A stretch of 64,000 nucleotides of DNA. Origin: Octopus sinensis. Taxonomy: Eukaryota. The position numbers were made by a program, and so were the translations under genes. Shown here piece by piece: positions 24,977 to 38,275 of the stretch. The notes below the pieces were generated by a model, which saw only the letters and a program-made list of their open reading frames with translations, searched no databases and was not told the origin of the DNA. Position 1 is the stretch's first letter. Each line of letters starts with the position of its first letter. The stretch is taken from the NCBI RefSeq assembly GCF_006345805.1, contig NC_043011.1:36220464-36284463 (forward strand), in the 5' to 3' direction.

Positions 24977-25269
24977 CCTGGTGATTACCTTATTTCTTCT
25001 TAAATTGTTTTCATATGCTGGCTAACCACAATGGCTCTTTAGTGATACCTGACAGTGTGCAAGGTCCAGAAAAGAATGCTGTAGATAACTGCTTAATAAA
25101 ATTATACATGTGGAAATTCGTTCTTCTTGTCCTTATTTATATATGTAAGTATATATATGTGTGTATATATATATGTGTGTGTGTATATATATATATATAT
25201 AATATAAATGATATATAAATATAGGCATATATACATATATATATGTACATACCTACATATATATGTGAA

Positions 25270-25458
25270 TATACATGCAGATATGGGTAAAAGACATAAA
25301 AAAACGTCAACAAAATGAGAAACGAGAACATAAAAAACAAAAACATAGAAAACAAACTTTTTTTGAACAACGAAAAAAACAAATAGAGAAACGAGGCAGG
25401 CAACATATAGAACATTCTCTTCATCAGTGGTCCCCTGTTTTATCTACTCTACATATAC

Positions 25459-25521
<63 letters not shown>

Positions 25522-25760
25522 TTATTTATTTATTTATATAAACGAAGTCACATCTTGTCCCTACCTTCGAAATGCGGAGTAGATAAAACAGCAGACAACT
25601 GATGAAGGGAATGTTCTTTATGTTGCCTGTCTCATTTCTCTGTTTGTTTCATTCGTTGTTCAAGAAAAATTTCGCTTTCTATGTTTTTGCTTTTCTATGT
25701 TCTCATTTCTCATTTTGTTGTCGATTTTTGATGTCCTGTACCCATACATGCATGTTATAT
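25270..25760. repeat. Inverted pair of ~185-bp repeats around a (TA)n tract
   Basis: 25270-25450 matches the reverse complement of 25576-25760 at roughly 80-85% by eye. Both arms carry CTGATGAAG(A/G)GAATGTTCT. Confidence 0.9.
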
Positions 25761-25852
25761 ACATATATGCATATATTTATATATCATTTATATATATATG
25801 TATGTATAGACATACACACACACACATATATATATAATATAAATATATATAT

Positions 25853-25898
<46 letters not shown>

Positions 25899-25920
25899 AT
25901 ATATATACACATATATATAT

Positions 25921-26370
25921 AAGTAATACTAAGCAATTAAGGGTTTAGCAACGAATTGCCTCACCAACACACCGAATTTAGAAATAGCAGTCAAAGAGAT
26001 ATAGCTATTCCTTCTACTAAAAGGGAGATCTCAGTAAAAATACAGCACTTGAAAGGCAAACACAGACAGGTAAGAAAGAATGAAATGACGGCAATCTATC
26101 ATACAATTTTAAGTTACCTACGGACGTACGTTTCGAAATCAAGTTTTAGGAAAGCATAAGAATTAGAAAATTCTACCTTACCCAAACTTCTTTTCTCATC
26201 GGCGTAGGATACTACAATTTTGAATAATTGTATATTAAATTTTGAGATACTAGAAGGCATCATCTCAACTCAGTGTCAGAGCGAGCCAAAGCATGACCAG
26301 TACCACGAAATTCAAAGTGTGAATGAAAGTTTGTGTCACCAGCCCCCTTCCACCCGCGTGTAGCCAAGAC
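25921..26370 (-). mobile_element. ORF-less element between (TA)n and (CA)n tracts carrying a hammerhead
   Basis: Unique ~450-bp segment bounded by microsatellites, with an HHR at 26117-26208. Confidence 0.6.
26117..26208 (-). ncRNA. Type I hammerhead ribozyme motif (CCGAUGA core, GUC site)
   Basis: Minus strand CCUACG-CCGAUGA-GAAAAGAAG...CUUGAUUUC-GAAAC-GUAC-GUC-CGUAGG. Stem I is a perfect 6 bp, stem II is long, and stem III is the palindrome ACGUACGU. Confidence 0.8.
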
Positions 26371-26594
26371 ATATACACACACACACACACACCTTGATTC
26401 CTATCGCAAAGTATATCAATATTCCTATTACCATAGGGTTAAAATAGATTGAACTTAATCTATCCTATACTAACAATAAAGAATAATTGATTTCTCTTCA
26501 TTAGATTACTAATTTACACTTGTTGATACAAAACCGATTTTACGCAGGTAAACTGAAACACAGACTCAAACACACAAACTTTGTGTGTGTGTGT

Positions 26595-26633
<39 letters not shown>

Positions 26634-27049
26634 ATGCGCGCGTATGGTAATGGTTCCTGTGAACTTGAGGTGAATGATACTATTAACACAAAGTGTAGCC
26701 TTTCCTGGACTTGTGACCATTACTTCACATCACATCACATTTTGAAGGTTATGCATTTGCAACCCCAGAGCAGGAAATATCTAATGAATGAATGAGACAC
26801 TGATGCCTTTAAAATCCCAAGATGCAGTCATAAATGTCGATTATGTCACTCTTCTCTGGCGGATGTAGCAACTTGTGATCAGCAGCTGCTTAAAAATGTC
26901 ATCAAGGTATTACCTTGGCTGGTTATTGTTGTTAATGCCATATACAATGCTACCTGCAGAAAAGATTGCTCTGAGATAAATACAGATGACACTTCTGCTG
27001 TTGAATACACACATGCATATCAAAGCAAGGGATATTGGTGGAACATTCC

Positions 27050-27198
27050 CATCAAACTTCTACCAAGGGCATCCAGCTGTAGAAACTCTGTCAGATCAAT
27101 TGGAGCCAGATGGAGCCATCTGGTTTGCCAGTCCTCAGTCAAATCGTCCAACCCATGCTAGCATGGAAAACGGACGTTAAACGATGATGATGATGATG
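27050..27198 (+). mobile_element. Family C, 5'-truncated
   Basis: aagggcatccagctgtagaaac...caacccatgctagcatggaaaacggacgttaaacgatgatgatg. Confidence 0.9.
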
Positions 27199-27574
27199 AA
27201 TAAAGAAACACAGATACTAAGATACATACATGCATGCATATACATGTGCACTCATACAATGGGCTTCTGAATAGCTTCAACTACGCAATTTCACTCAATA
27301 TATTAATCAAGTTGAGGCTACAGTGGAAGAGGACTGCTGAAGTTAAACTGTTGCCAAAAGTGAGATCCAACCAGGAACCATGTGATTGCAAAGCAGTCTT
27401 CTTATCCATGCAGTTATGTTTGTGCCTATACAATGATGACTGTAATGATGGCTGAGTTAGTTATAACAGAATGCAATGCAGAAATAAATTTCATGATTGA
27501 ACAAGCTATTTGTTATAACTACGAAACCATCCACTGCAATGATATCTATTTGCATGAGTGAATTGTTGGGGGTT

Positions 27575-28370
27575 ATTTTTATTTTATTTATTTATTTTTT
27601 TTTACCAAACTTTTAATATTCATACACAAGAGAAGAAGAACATTCAAAAGACATTAATGTAATTCCTAAAGATAGCAAGAATCTAATCAGAAAAACAGAA
27701 AAATAGAAAAACAAACAAAAATAGAACAAGTTTAACTAAACTAATTGGTGAATTAGTGTTATCAATTTATTCTAACTTTGCAAGCAATGAAAGGGAAATT
27801 TATGCAATAATGAATCCAACTTTGGTTCTCACCACCACCACCACCACCACCACCATGCCTACATACACCACAAATCAGAGAAAGACAATTATTTGTCAAC
27901 ACTGTAGTAATTTTGAGAAATGCCCATCCAATTTCTTTGCTGTTAATTAAATGAGATTCTTCAAAAAAAATTTTAAAGATATAATTCATCAGTAGTTTTC
28001 GAAGACAAATGTGTATTTTAGAATTCCACACAGTCAAGAGAAGAAAAAAAATATATTTAGTGTATTCAAATTTTGATAATCCGCAGTATTAGAGCATTTA
28101 AGAATTGAGGTGGGATTATATAGGGGCAGTGAAATAGTATGCCAGTTATACAAATTGCATAACTAATCTATGGCATATTACAGTGACTTTTGTTTTTTGG
28201 TCTTTTAATGGCATAGTCAGAAGGAAGGATAGGACTTGTTGTCTTCAGACTAGAGACCAGGCTCGAATGTTTGCAATAGAGCAGATTCCATTAAAAGGTG
28301 TGCTTAATGGTGTTAATACAGAAGATAAATAAAGTCTAGCACCCAAAAAGAAGAATATTCCTCAGAAAGG
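27575..28370 (-). mobile_element. Possible L1/Tx1-like LINE 3' relic
   Basis: A-rich tail on the minus strand at 27575-27603, and a degenerate C-x-x-C...IFF...VWN zinc-knuckle-like peptide upstream. Heavily decayed. Confidence 0.35.
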
Positions 28371-28394
28371 CTTCCACCTAGTTTCATCCTCCTC

Positions 28395-28800
28395 ATCAAC
28401 ATCATTTAACATTCGTTGTCCATGCTGGAATGGGTTGGACTGTCTGACCAGGGCTGGCATGCTGGAAGGCTGCACCAGACTCCAATTTGATTTGGCATTG
28501 TTTCTACAGCTGGATGCTCTTCCTAACACAAACCACTCTGAGAGTGTAATGGGTGCTTTTATATGCCACCATCACATACGCCATTTGTGTGACACTGGTA
28601 TCTGCCATGACTGCGATTTTACTTGGCTTGATGGGTTTTCTTAAGCACAGTATATTGCCAAGGGTCTTGGTCATTGCCTGTGAGGTCCAACACTTGAAAG
28701 TAACTCAGCCACTTTGCCTTTGTGAGGCCCAATGCTCAAAAAATGCTTTTTACATGCCAGTTACATGACTCCAGCATCAGCCATAACTACAATTATACTT
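28395..28800 (-). mobile_element. Family C with internal tandem units
   Basis: catcatttaacattcgttgtccatgctgg...tttctacagctggatgctcttcctaac...gggtgctttttatatgccacc. Confidence 0.85.
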
Positions 28801-29491
28801 GGCTTGAAACATTGTGTTAACAACAAACAAGATGAGGACAAATATCCGTTAAATGTAAATAATATGTGTGAGATTAACAAAGCTTAAGGAAAATCGTGGT
28901 GTTCTGAGTTGGTAAAGATTATACGGTGAAATTCATAAGATATCTTAAGTTGGTATGCCATGGGAGGAAGAAGAATCCAATAGTTTTTAAAATTCTGTCT
29001 GAGACAAAAGACAAAATCTTCGTAAATTCCAAAGTTTAAAAACACTTTTAATCTGCAGTCCTAATAAAATATTGCATTCCTTTTCTCCCACGAAAATTGA
29101 TCATCAAAACTTAGGAAATTTCTTAATAATGGTGACATTGAATACGAACACCATACTTACTGTATTGAGTTTATAGATCTCTCAGGGAAGAGATCCAGCT
29201 GTTGTTTCCATGTTCAATACACAAATTAACACAGAAATTTTAAGTGAGAACAAATTAAAATCCTTCTCAGATTATTATTTATGCATTTGGGAATGAAATT
29301 ATTTCTAGCAGAAGTGATAGAAAAGGGAAAGAAATGAAAGAATGAGAGTAAAAGGGGGAGAGAGAGAGAGGGGGCAGGAGGGGATGGGTAAGTGAAAATA
29401 AAGTAAAGGATGAGAATATGATTAAAAGTATAGAAGTGACGTGTAGAGCATTGTTAGGGAAGGTAAGTGGAAGAAGGCTCAGAAGATGTAA

Positions 29492-29524
<33 letters not shown>

Positions 29525-30164
29525 GAAGAAAGGGTATGTAGGAGAGCAAGAGATATAGAGAGAAAGCAAAAATAACGTAAAGGAAGGATGGAGGGAAGGG
29601 GAAAGCCGAGAGAGGAGAAATGATAAATGATAAATGAGAATCTTGAGAATTTCCAAGCATTCTTGTTAAAGATTAACATTCATTCATTTCCTTTTCTTCC
29701 TGCAATTTAATCAGAATGGGCAACATCCACAACCATATATACATATATCTTTTTCAGAGTTGCTGAGACTGGTGTGGGCAGAAATTTCTCCGAGTTCATT
29801 ATTCCACATCTGGCCCAAAATGTGAAATAATGTGCTTAATGAAATTTCAGAGTTCTTCCCTTGTCCCCTCTTGAAAGGGATTTTCATTAATGCTAATTAC
29901 TTTACTTCTCAATATAAGGGTGATTACAACTGATTAAACATAGTTACCAATCCAACACATTGAGTATGTTGGTCTGCACTTGGGTATTTGTTCTTTATGT
30001 AGGAGGTACCCCTGGGAAATTTCTCAATGTCATTATAGAATTAGATAGATGGATAGACATTTGGATTTACAAATGAGAAAAGGAAGTGCACAGTATATGA
30101 AGCAGAATGTATTTATTAGAAGCTGGCACTTTACTTCAGCATTACTCTAAGTTTCCAGTTTCAG

Positions 30165-30168
30165 CTGT

Positions 30169-30207
<39 letters not shown>

Positions 30208-30224
30208 CATATATATAATATATA

Positions 30225-30263
<39 letters not shown>

Positions 30264-30349
30264 CATATATATATATACATACATATACATATATATATAT
30301 ATATTATATATATATATATATATACATACACACATATATATATATATAA

Positions 30350-30380
<31 letters not shown>

Positions 30381-30409
30381 CATACATATACATATATATA
30401 TATACATAT

Positions 30410-30452
<43 letters not shown>

Positions 30453-30530
30453 CATATATACACTTACATACCTACATACATATATATATATCTTATACAC
30501 GTACACGACACACACACACATACACACACA
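30165..30530. repeat. Compound (TA)n/(TACA)n/(CA)n microsatellite
   Basis: Seen directly; it produces the IYIY pseudo-ORFs. Confidence 0.98.
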
Positions 30531-30749
30531 TACTTACACACATATGCATGAGTGTATGTGTGTGTGTGCATGTGTATGTGTGTGATAGAGAGAGAGAGAG
30601 ATGTATGTATATTTATACACATGAATGTGCATGTGTTTGCATGTATAGGAAAGAGAGAGCCTTTGTTTCCAATAAAATTATCACATATAACTCATAAAAG
30701 AATTTGAAATAAAAGAGATAAAGACATGCATACATACATACGTAATACA

Positions 30750-30965
<216 letters not shown>

Positions 30966-33723
30966 AGTAGAATGCAAAGATTATCGAAAATGATTTTACA
31001 TTTAAAGTGTAGAATGTTGTAACTTTACCCATCACTGCATTCATTCTTATACAACGTTTTCAAAGGTAAATAAAATATCTTTTATGTTTGACATTAGTGT
31101 TGAACAAAGTTTTCAATGTGCTATTGGAAATGTAGATTGTTCTAGCAATGAAAAACACACTTCAATAGAATGTATGAAATCTTTGAAGTGAAATTCCCTA
31201 CTTGAATACATATCAAGAGAGAATCATGCCCTACCTGTATATACTTTGTGTGTGAATATATGCATATACATGTGTGTATGATTATATGCATGTGCATGTG
31301 TGTGTGTATGTCTGTGCAGGAAAGTATTAAGAATTATCTTTTGCAGTAGATAGCACCTTTGTATTTAGGGATGGTATATAAGAGGCTATTAGATTTATGA
31401 GAAAGATGGTTACTGAGAGAAATATACTGTAGTGCCTGCTGCAATTTCTCCTTATATGGTCCCTTCTTGTCTTTAATTCTAAGCTACTTCAAAGAACAAT
31501 TTCCACTGAAGGAAGTTAATAATATTGGTAGATGCTGAAATGCATGCATATAGACAGAATGAAATTATGTTGGAGTCAACCTTATCCTTGTGCAGTGATA
31601 GATATTGAATGACTATCAGCATTTAGATATCGATTCTAAGTGAATTATATATGTGCATATGTATATATATGTATATATATGAATAACTGACTATGCGAAT
31701 CAATTCATATTTATAAATGCCAAAATGGAGATGAATGCATGCACGTGTGTGAATATCTATTTAGGAAGGTGTGTGTAGAGTCAAGAGTTTAGTTTAGCCT
31801 AATGCAACCAAACCACAAATTCCTGTCTTCAGATATCTATAATTTTCCTAGTGTTAACCACACTTTGCATGACATTGTCAGACATCTATTGTAAGTTGAC
31901 AAATGCAATCTGCAAATGCAGTTGGAAGGACCTACACAGAAATGTTATAGAAAGTTACTCTCAAATAAAAGTGGTTCTCAGTTCCACTATTGTTGATTAA
32001 AATAAAATACAGTAAGAAACAAAAGTGGGTGAACAGCTACCATTTGATTCATGGTCTCAACAGGTAAATCTTCCAACAAACCCAAATACCAGCAATGCAA
32101 GAAAGAGCCAATGAAGAAGCGTCCACGAAGTCTTCAAATTGCAAGAAATTTCAGATAAATTACACACTATCTTAAATAAAGAAGAATAGATTTGATAATA
32201 CAGTTCTGGGTGCTTAAAAAATTGAGGACTAGAACACTGGGGGTACATAACATCATCTGTATCTTGTGTCAAATTCTTAATATCATTGATAAACTGATGT
32301 ATTTAGGGGACAATGTTGGTATCCTGCACTTCATAAGAAACATTAAATGCATCAAGCATTAGTCTCAGAGAGTCTGCAAAGGACATTTATATAACTTCAT
32401 CCTTCAGTCGAAACAATCTTTAAAATAATTTGTTTTCATTTATATCTAACTCAACTCAATAGAAATTGCCCCCATATCACACCCTACAATCTTAAAAATG
32501 AAATGAAACATTGAACAATGTGACCCAAGATATACTATGCTTAAAAAACAGAATGACAAAATTGTTATGAGTAGACTGCATTTGATTATACCTTTACTTG
32601 ATCCTCAGTGTCATGATCACTCAATGTATTTTCCCACCTTAAATGTTTCACCGAGAACATGATGGATCGAATGGATTTGTCTTAATTCTGGCTTCTGGAA
32701 CTTTAGGAAGGTGAAAGACACCAAAACATGAGACAAACATGCTTTTTTAATAACATATGACTCTTGACTTTCAGGTACCACATTAAAAAATTGGCAATTG
32801 AACTGAATAGTTATTCATCACCATCATCATCATGATTATCATCTGCAGTATTTTATGCTGCTTTTCCATGCTGACATGTGTTGGATTGTTTATTTCTGAA
32901 ATGGTGTTTTATGGTAAATTATCCTCTCAGTCACCAACCTTTCCAATTGCTTCTTACAAGACATAGGGACAAAGTGCATCTATTCTGAAATCAGGATATG
33001 CAGCATAAAATAAATCAGGAGCAAAAAAAAAAAAAAAATGTAGAAGACAAGATCAAAAGCCTGCTGCAAATCTGAACTCATAAATCATGCGCTTAATTAT
33101 CTAATATCTTATTCAGTTAACTTTCTGTCCTTTAAAAAGCAGAACATGAATGAGCAAAATTTTATTAGAGCATTTCAAAAGAATATTAATCATTCATACA
33201 GGTATGGGAGGCAACTTTAGGCATGTTTTAGCCTTAACAGATCTCTTCAGCAAGCAAACCAAAACATGCCCAGAGTTATCTCCCATATTTACTGAAATGA
33301 TAGAAATTATATATTAACTATTGAGCTAATTTTTCCCTTCCCATTCATTAGTTTTTCTAATACGATTCCTGATGCTCTGCATTGTTTACCCATCTCCTCC
33401 ATTCCATTACTTAACCGTTGTTTTTCATGCAGATGGCATCTCTGAGTAATGTGCCCACCACATATTCCTACACTGCTCTATTTAACAAAGATTCACACTG
33501 GGCTGTTATTGTCCCCATTTGCATTCATATTTCACTTCATCACTTATGATCAAAGACGAGACTTCAGATGTTAAGAGAAATGACTCCACTTTCTGATATG
33601 ACTATTCAAAATGCAATATGCTTCAGTGAGCAAGGCCCAATATATAATATATATATATATATAAATATATATATAAATATATATATATACATACATACAT
33701 ACATACATATATATACACATATC

Positions 33724-33769
<46 letters not shown>

Positions 33770-34559
33770 TATATATATGTATACATATATATATATATAT
33801 ATACATGTATAATCATGACATATGCAAGCTTCATTGGGGAGATGAATAATAAGAAATATTTATGAAATATTTAAGTGTACATATAGATGTCCAGATATAT
33901 ATGTGTGTGTATGCCTCTTTCTCTGTATACTTATCATATAGAGTATAACATAAATCTTTTCTAATATTTTGGCTGAAAAATTGCCCGTTGAATTCTTCCT
34001 GAAATATGTGAATTTTGTTGTTATATTTCCTTTTCTTTCTTTTCTTTTTTTTTTGTTTTTGTAGTCTATTTCTTTAGTAGCAATTGGTTCATTCATTCCT
34101 GTAGAGTTTCCAACTTTGTCTTCGAATGAATAATTCATTTCACTCAGACACACACACAGACACTCACACACACAATATAAAAGGACATATTTCTTTACTC
34201 CCATGGACCACGACTAGATCTTCAGACACAAATACATCGCTATAATTTCATATAACACTATATAAGGAATATGTGTATGTAACACTATAAATATAATAAC
34301 ATATCTACATATACATACATATAACATGTACACATACACTCATATATAAATATCATATGCAGACATGTTCAATGTTTGCTTAATTTAATTATGATGTGTG
34401 AATGTAAGTCAGTTACAGTAGAATTAATATATCTCATTTCTTTTATTATTTTTTTTACTTCATTTATTGTCAATACTTTTTTTTTCCTTTTCTTTGATTC
34501 ACTCTCTTATCTTAGTCCTTTATTTGATATTGAAATTCACAATTATTTCTATGCAACAT

Positions 34560-34565
34560 TATTGC

Positions 34566-34605
<40 letters not shown>

Positions 34606-34820
34606 GTTATTATTATTATTGTTTTTATTATTATTATTATTACTATTATTATTATTATTAATATTATTATTATTATTATTATTAATATTATTATTATTAT
34701 TATTAATATTATTATTATTATTATTATTATGATTATTATTATTATTTTATTATTATTATTATTAATTATTATTATTATTATTATTATTTTATTATTATTA
34801 TTAATTATTATTATTATTGG
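34560..34820. repeat. (TAT)n trinucleotide microsatellite
   Basis: Seen directly; source of the poly-L/Y/I pseudo-ORFs. Confidence 0.98.
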
Positions 34821-35115
34821 TTTTGGTATTTTCCTATTCTGTATGTGTATATAAGATGGCAGAATAAAAATAAATAAAAAGAAATGTTTTTTTGGAGAGT
34901 TGCAAAAACACGTAAAAAAATGATAATAATAAATAAAAAAAAAAAACAAGACAAATATTAATAAACGAAGGTTATATAGAATGGCATACATACATGCATA
35001 AATATAGTTCTAAGTTTGGTCTGTGTAAGCAAATGTTGAATTGTATTAAGTATGATATAATTGATGATTGTTATCGACTAGCAAACCTTAATGCAATGTA
35101 GATTCACAATAATAC

Positions 35116-35167
<52 letters not shown>

Positions 35168-36193
35168 CAACAACAACAATAATAACAAATATAAAATTAA
35201 TGTCAAGATTGGAATAAAAGGCAGGACAATGTTTAAAACTCTCGCTACACCCTTCAATCTATTTCCTTTTAGACTTTCCGTCTCTTCACTTCACAGCAGA
35301 CACGGTTTTGTATAATATCACTACAGCTACAACTATGGCTATTGGTACACCTTGATTTAATGGCCTTCTAATATGTTCGTCTTGAACAAATAAATGTTCT
35401 CTTCACCTTACTATTCACGAGTAATGTTAACCACATCAAAGTAGAACTCGGGAACTTGTTTCTTGCCATTCCAAAATAACTAATTACTTAGATAGAGATG
35501 ATGTATTTATGTCTGAATGCATATGTGAGCGTTGATTTATTAATGCTCTACAATTATTCAGAGAATATATATTTTTAGTGTTCTGTAGCTGCCACCGCCA
35601 CCTCCACTACTGTGGATTCTCTAATGTAAATGTAGGTGTCTGAGTCTGTGAATTATGAGAAGAGAAATCTGACAAGTTGAAGGTAGCAGGGTTAATGTTC
35701 CTGTGTGAACAGGTATACGTGTGGTTGTGTATGTGTGCAATTGAGTGTGTGTGTGTGTGTGTGCGAGTGAGTGTGTGTGTGTGCGATTGAGTGTGTGTGT
35801 GCGATTGAGTGTGTGTGTGTTCACACATGTGCTTGTGTGTGTGTGAATGTGTATCCTCCATAGAAAGCTGACCATGCAGTAATGGAGTTATTAGACACAG
35901 TGAATGTTAAAGTAGAATGATATGCTGTTAATCTTGCCATTTGCATTGTTTGCCATTGGTACCGCCTGCCAGTTAATAGTCAAAAGTGTCCAGGAGAACA
36001 TCTGCAAGAAGCAGTGGATTTTTTTGGCTAGGGAAACGAATTGAGGTAAATGTCAGAGTTTCTTGTTTGCAGACAGGGCAGCTTCTTATGGCTAGTTCAC
36101 TTAGTTTGACACGGAGAGAGGAATAGCGGCAAGAAGGTGCACAGTAGTTGGTATAAAGCAGCAAAATCCGTATTCTTTTATTCCATCTCTACC

Positions 36194-36610
36194 ATGTGGC
36201 TGTGTGGTAAGTAGCTTGCTTACCAGCCTCATGGTTCCGGGATCCGTCCCACTGCAAGGCATCTTGGGCAAGTGTCTTCTAGTATAGCCTCAGGCTGACC
36301 AAACCAAAGCCTTGTCAGTGGATTTAATAGACGGAAACCGAGATAAGTCCATCGTAAATATATATATATATATATATGTGTGTGTATGTATATGTATATA
36401 TGTGTATGTGTGTCTGTATTTGTCCCTCCCACCAACATCGCTTGACAACTGATGCTGATGTGTTTACATCACTGTAACTTAGTGGTTCGGCAAAAGAGAC
36501 TGATAGAATAAGTACTAGCTTTACAGAGAATAAGTCCTGGGGTTGATTTGCTCGACTAAAGGCGGTGCTCCAACATGGCCACAGTCAAATGACTGAAACA
36601 AGTAAAGTAA
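36194..36610 (+). mobile_element. SINE family A
   Basis: Full head, CORE-like domain and tail. Confidence 0.9.
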
Positions 36611-36734
36611 TAACGGAAAGAATTTATCAGTACACTAATTCAATATATACAACAATATATATAAGTGTATGGGTATACATTTTCCACTGTCTCGTATATA
36701 CACACTATTATTCATATATATATATATATATATA

Positions 36735-36934
36735 TATCTTCTTTTATTTGTTTCAGTAATTTGACTGAAGCCATGCTTATAGTTGAGCAAATCAACCCCA
36801 GGACTTATTCATTGTAAGCCTAGTACTTATTCTAGCAGACTCTTTCGTTGAACTGCAAAGTGATGGGGACATAAACACACCAACATCGGTTGTCAAGCAA
36901 TGGAGTGGGGAACAAACACAGACACACAAACATA

Positions 36935-36960
<26 letters not shown>
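36735..36960 (-). mobile_element. SINE family A, 3' half
   Basis: tttgtttcagtaatttgactgaagccatgct...caacatcggttgtcaagc. Confidence 0.85.
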
Positions 36961-37000
<40 letters not shown>

Positions 37001-37044
37001 CAATTAAGATTCAATAAATTCCAATGAATTTACTTGAATTTACT

Positions 37045-37311
37045 TGTCAGTGAGAAGCGGCTTCAGGTCGCTTACCGTTTCCAGGGATAGACCGGGACGC
37101 TTTGTCCTCGAATGCGCATCCTATACGTTGGTTCTCCGTGGTGAACAACTCCTGCCGGACCTCACGGCGGATCATGACGCTCTCGCCGACCTTCCCACGT
37201 CCGTTCCCCCTCGCTCCCTTGAGGACGGACCGCACGCGGGGGAGGCTGGTGATGGCGAAATGACCCGCCAACTTTTGCAACTTGTAATAAAGCCTGTCTT
37301 TGTATGAAACA
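37045..37311. other. GC/CpG-rich island of unknown origin (LTR-like candidate)
   Basis: GC- and CpG-rich against an AT-rich background; begins TG, has AATAAA near the end and ends ACA. No clean TSD found. Confidence 0.35.
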
Positions 37312-37351
37312 ATTGTACTAAAAACTAATCCATTCTTGTTGCTTCTTTCTC

Positions 37352-37444
<93 letters not shown>

Positions 37445-37604
37445 AAGATATGCTGTACTTAATATAGAAGCCATTATCATTAAAGCAGCATGGCAAAATG
37501 GGCAAAATGCTTACCGGCATTTCATCTGTCTTTGTGTTCTGAGCTCAAATTCTGATGAGGTCAATTTTGCCTTTCATCCTTTCAGGATTGATAAAATTAG
37601 AACA

Positions 37605-37940
37605 AGGGTAAAGACCCCCTTTGGTCATAAATGACCATGAGGTTGCACCAAGAAAGTTATCCTCCTAGGCACATATTCAGGCAATGTTGTTTATGGAAGA
37701 CTGGCAGTCGCCCATGCATACCAGCTTCTCCTCTCCACGCCACCGATGTTATCCAATGGAAAAGCAAAGAACGATACAGCTTGGCACCAGTGATGTGCAA
37801 ATCATTTCTACAGCTGAGTGAACTGGAGCAATGTGAAATAAAGTGTCTGACTGAAGAACTCAACATACAGACAGATTCGGGAATTGAACTTTCTACCACG
37901 TAATTGTGAGTACGATGCTTTAACCACTGAGCCATGCACC
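37605..37940 (-). mobile_element. SINE family E (tRNA head, CORE-like body, RTE-like tail)
   Basis: Minus head ggtgcatggctcagtggttaaagc...agttcaattccc; body actttatttcacattgctccagttcactcagctg; tail ...atggtcatttatgaccaaaagggggtcttt. Confidence 0.85.
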
Positions 37941-38104
37941 AGGATTACATGGCTAATGTGTTCTTTTAAAAAATGGTAGAGTGTGAGTTGAAGGAGAATT
38001 GGTTGCTAATTGACTACATGGACACGGTTGGTTCGTTTGTGTGTGTATGTGTGTGCGTGTATGTGTGCTTGTGTGTGTGTGCCTGTGTGCCTATGTGTGT
38101 GTGT

Positions 38105-38275
38105 ATGCATCATCATCATATAAAGTCAGTTTGCCATGCTAGCATGGGATGGACTGTGTGACAGGAGCTGGCAAACCGGAGGGTTGCACCAGGCTCCACT
38201 TTTGTCTATTTTGGTATGTTTTCTGTGGCTGGATGCTCTTCATGACACCAACCACTTTACAGAATATTCTGGAAG
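38105..38275 (-). mobile_element. Family C fragment
   Basis: catcatcatcat...ccatgctagcatggg...ggctggatgctctt. Confidence 0.75.

Noticed and set aside
27985-28010. CTGATGA near GAAA on the minus strand as a hammerhead
   Set aside because: The elements are in the wrong order and no stems form.
34376-34991. Poly-Leu/Tyr/Ile ORFs, including the 230-aa ORF at 55682-56374
   Set aside because: They are (TAT)n/(ATA)n repeats with no coding evidence.
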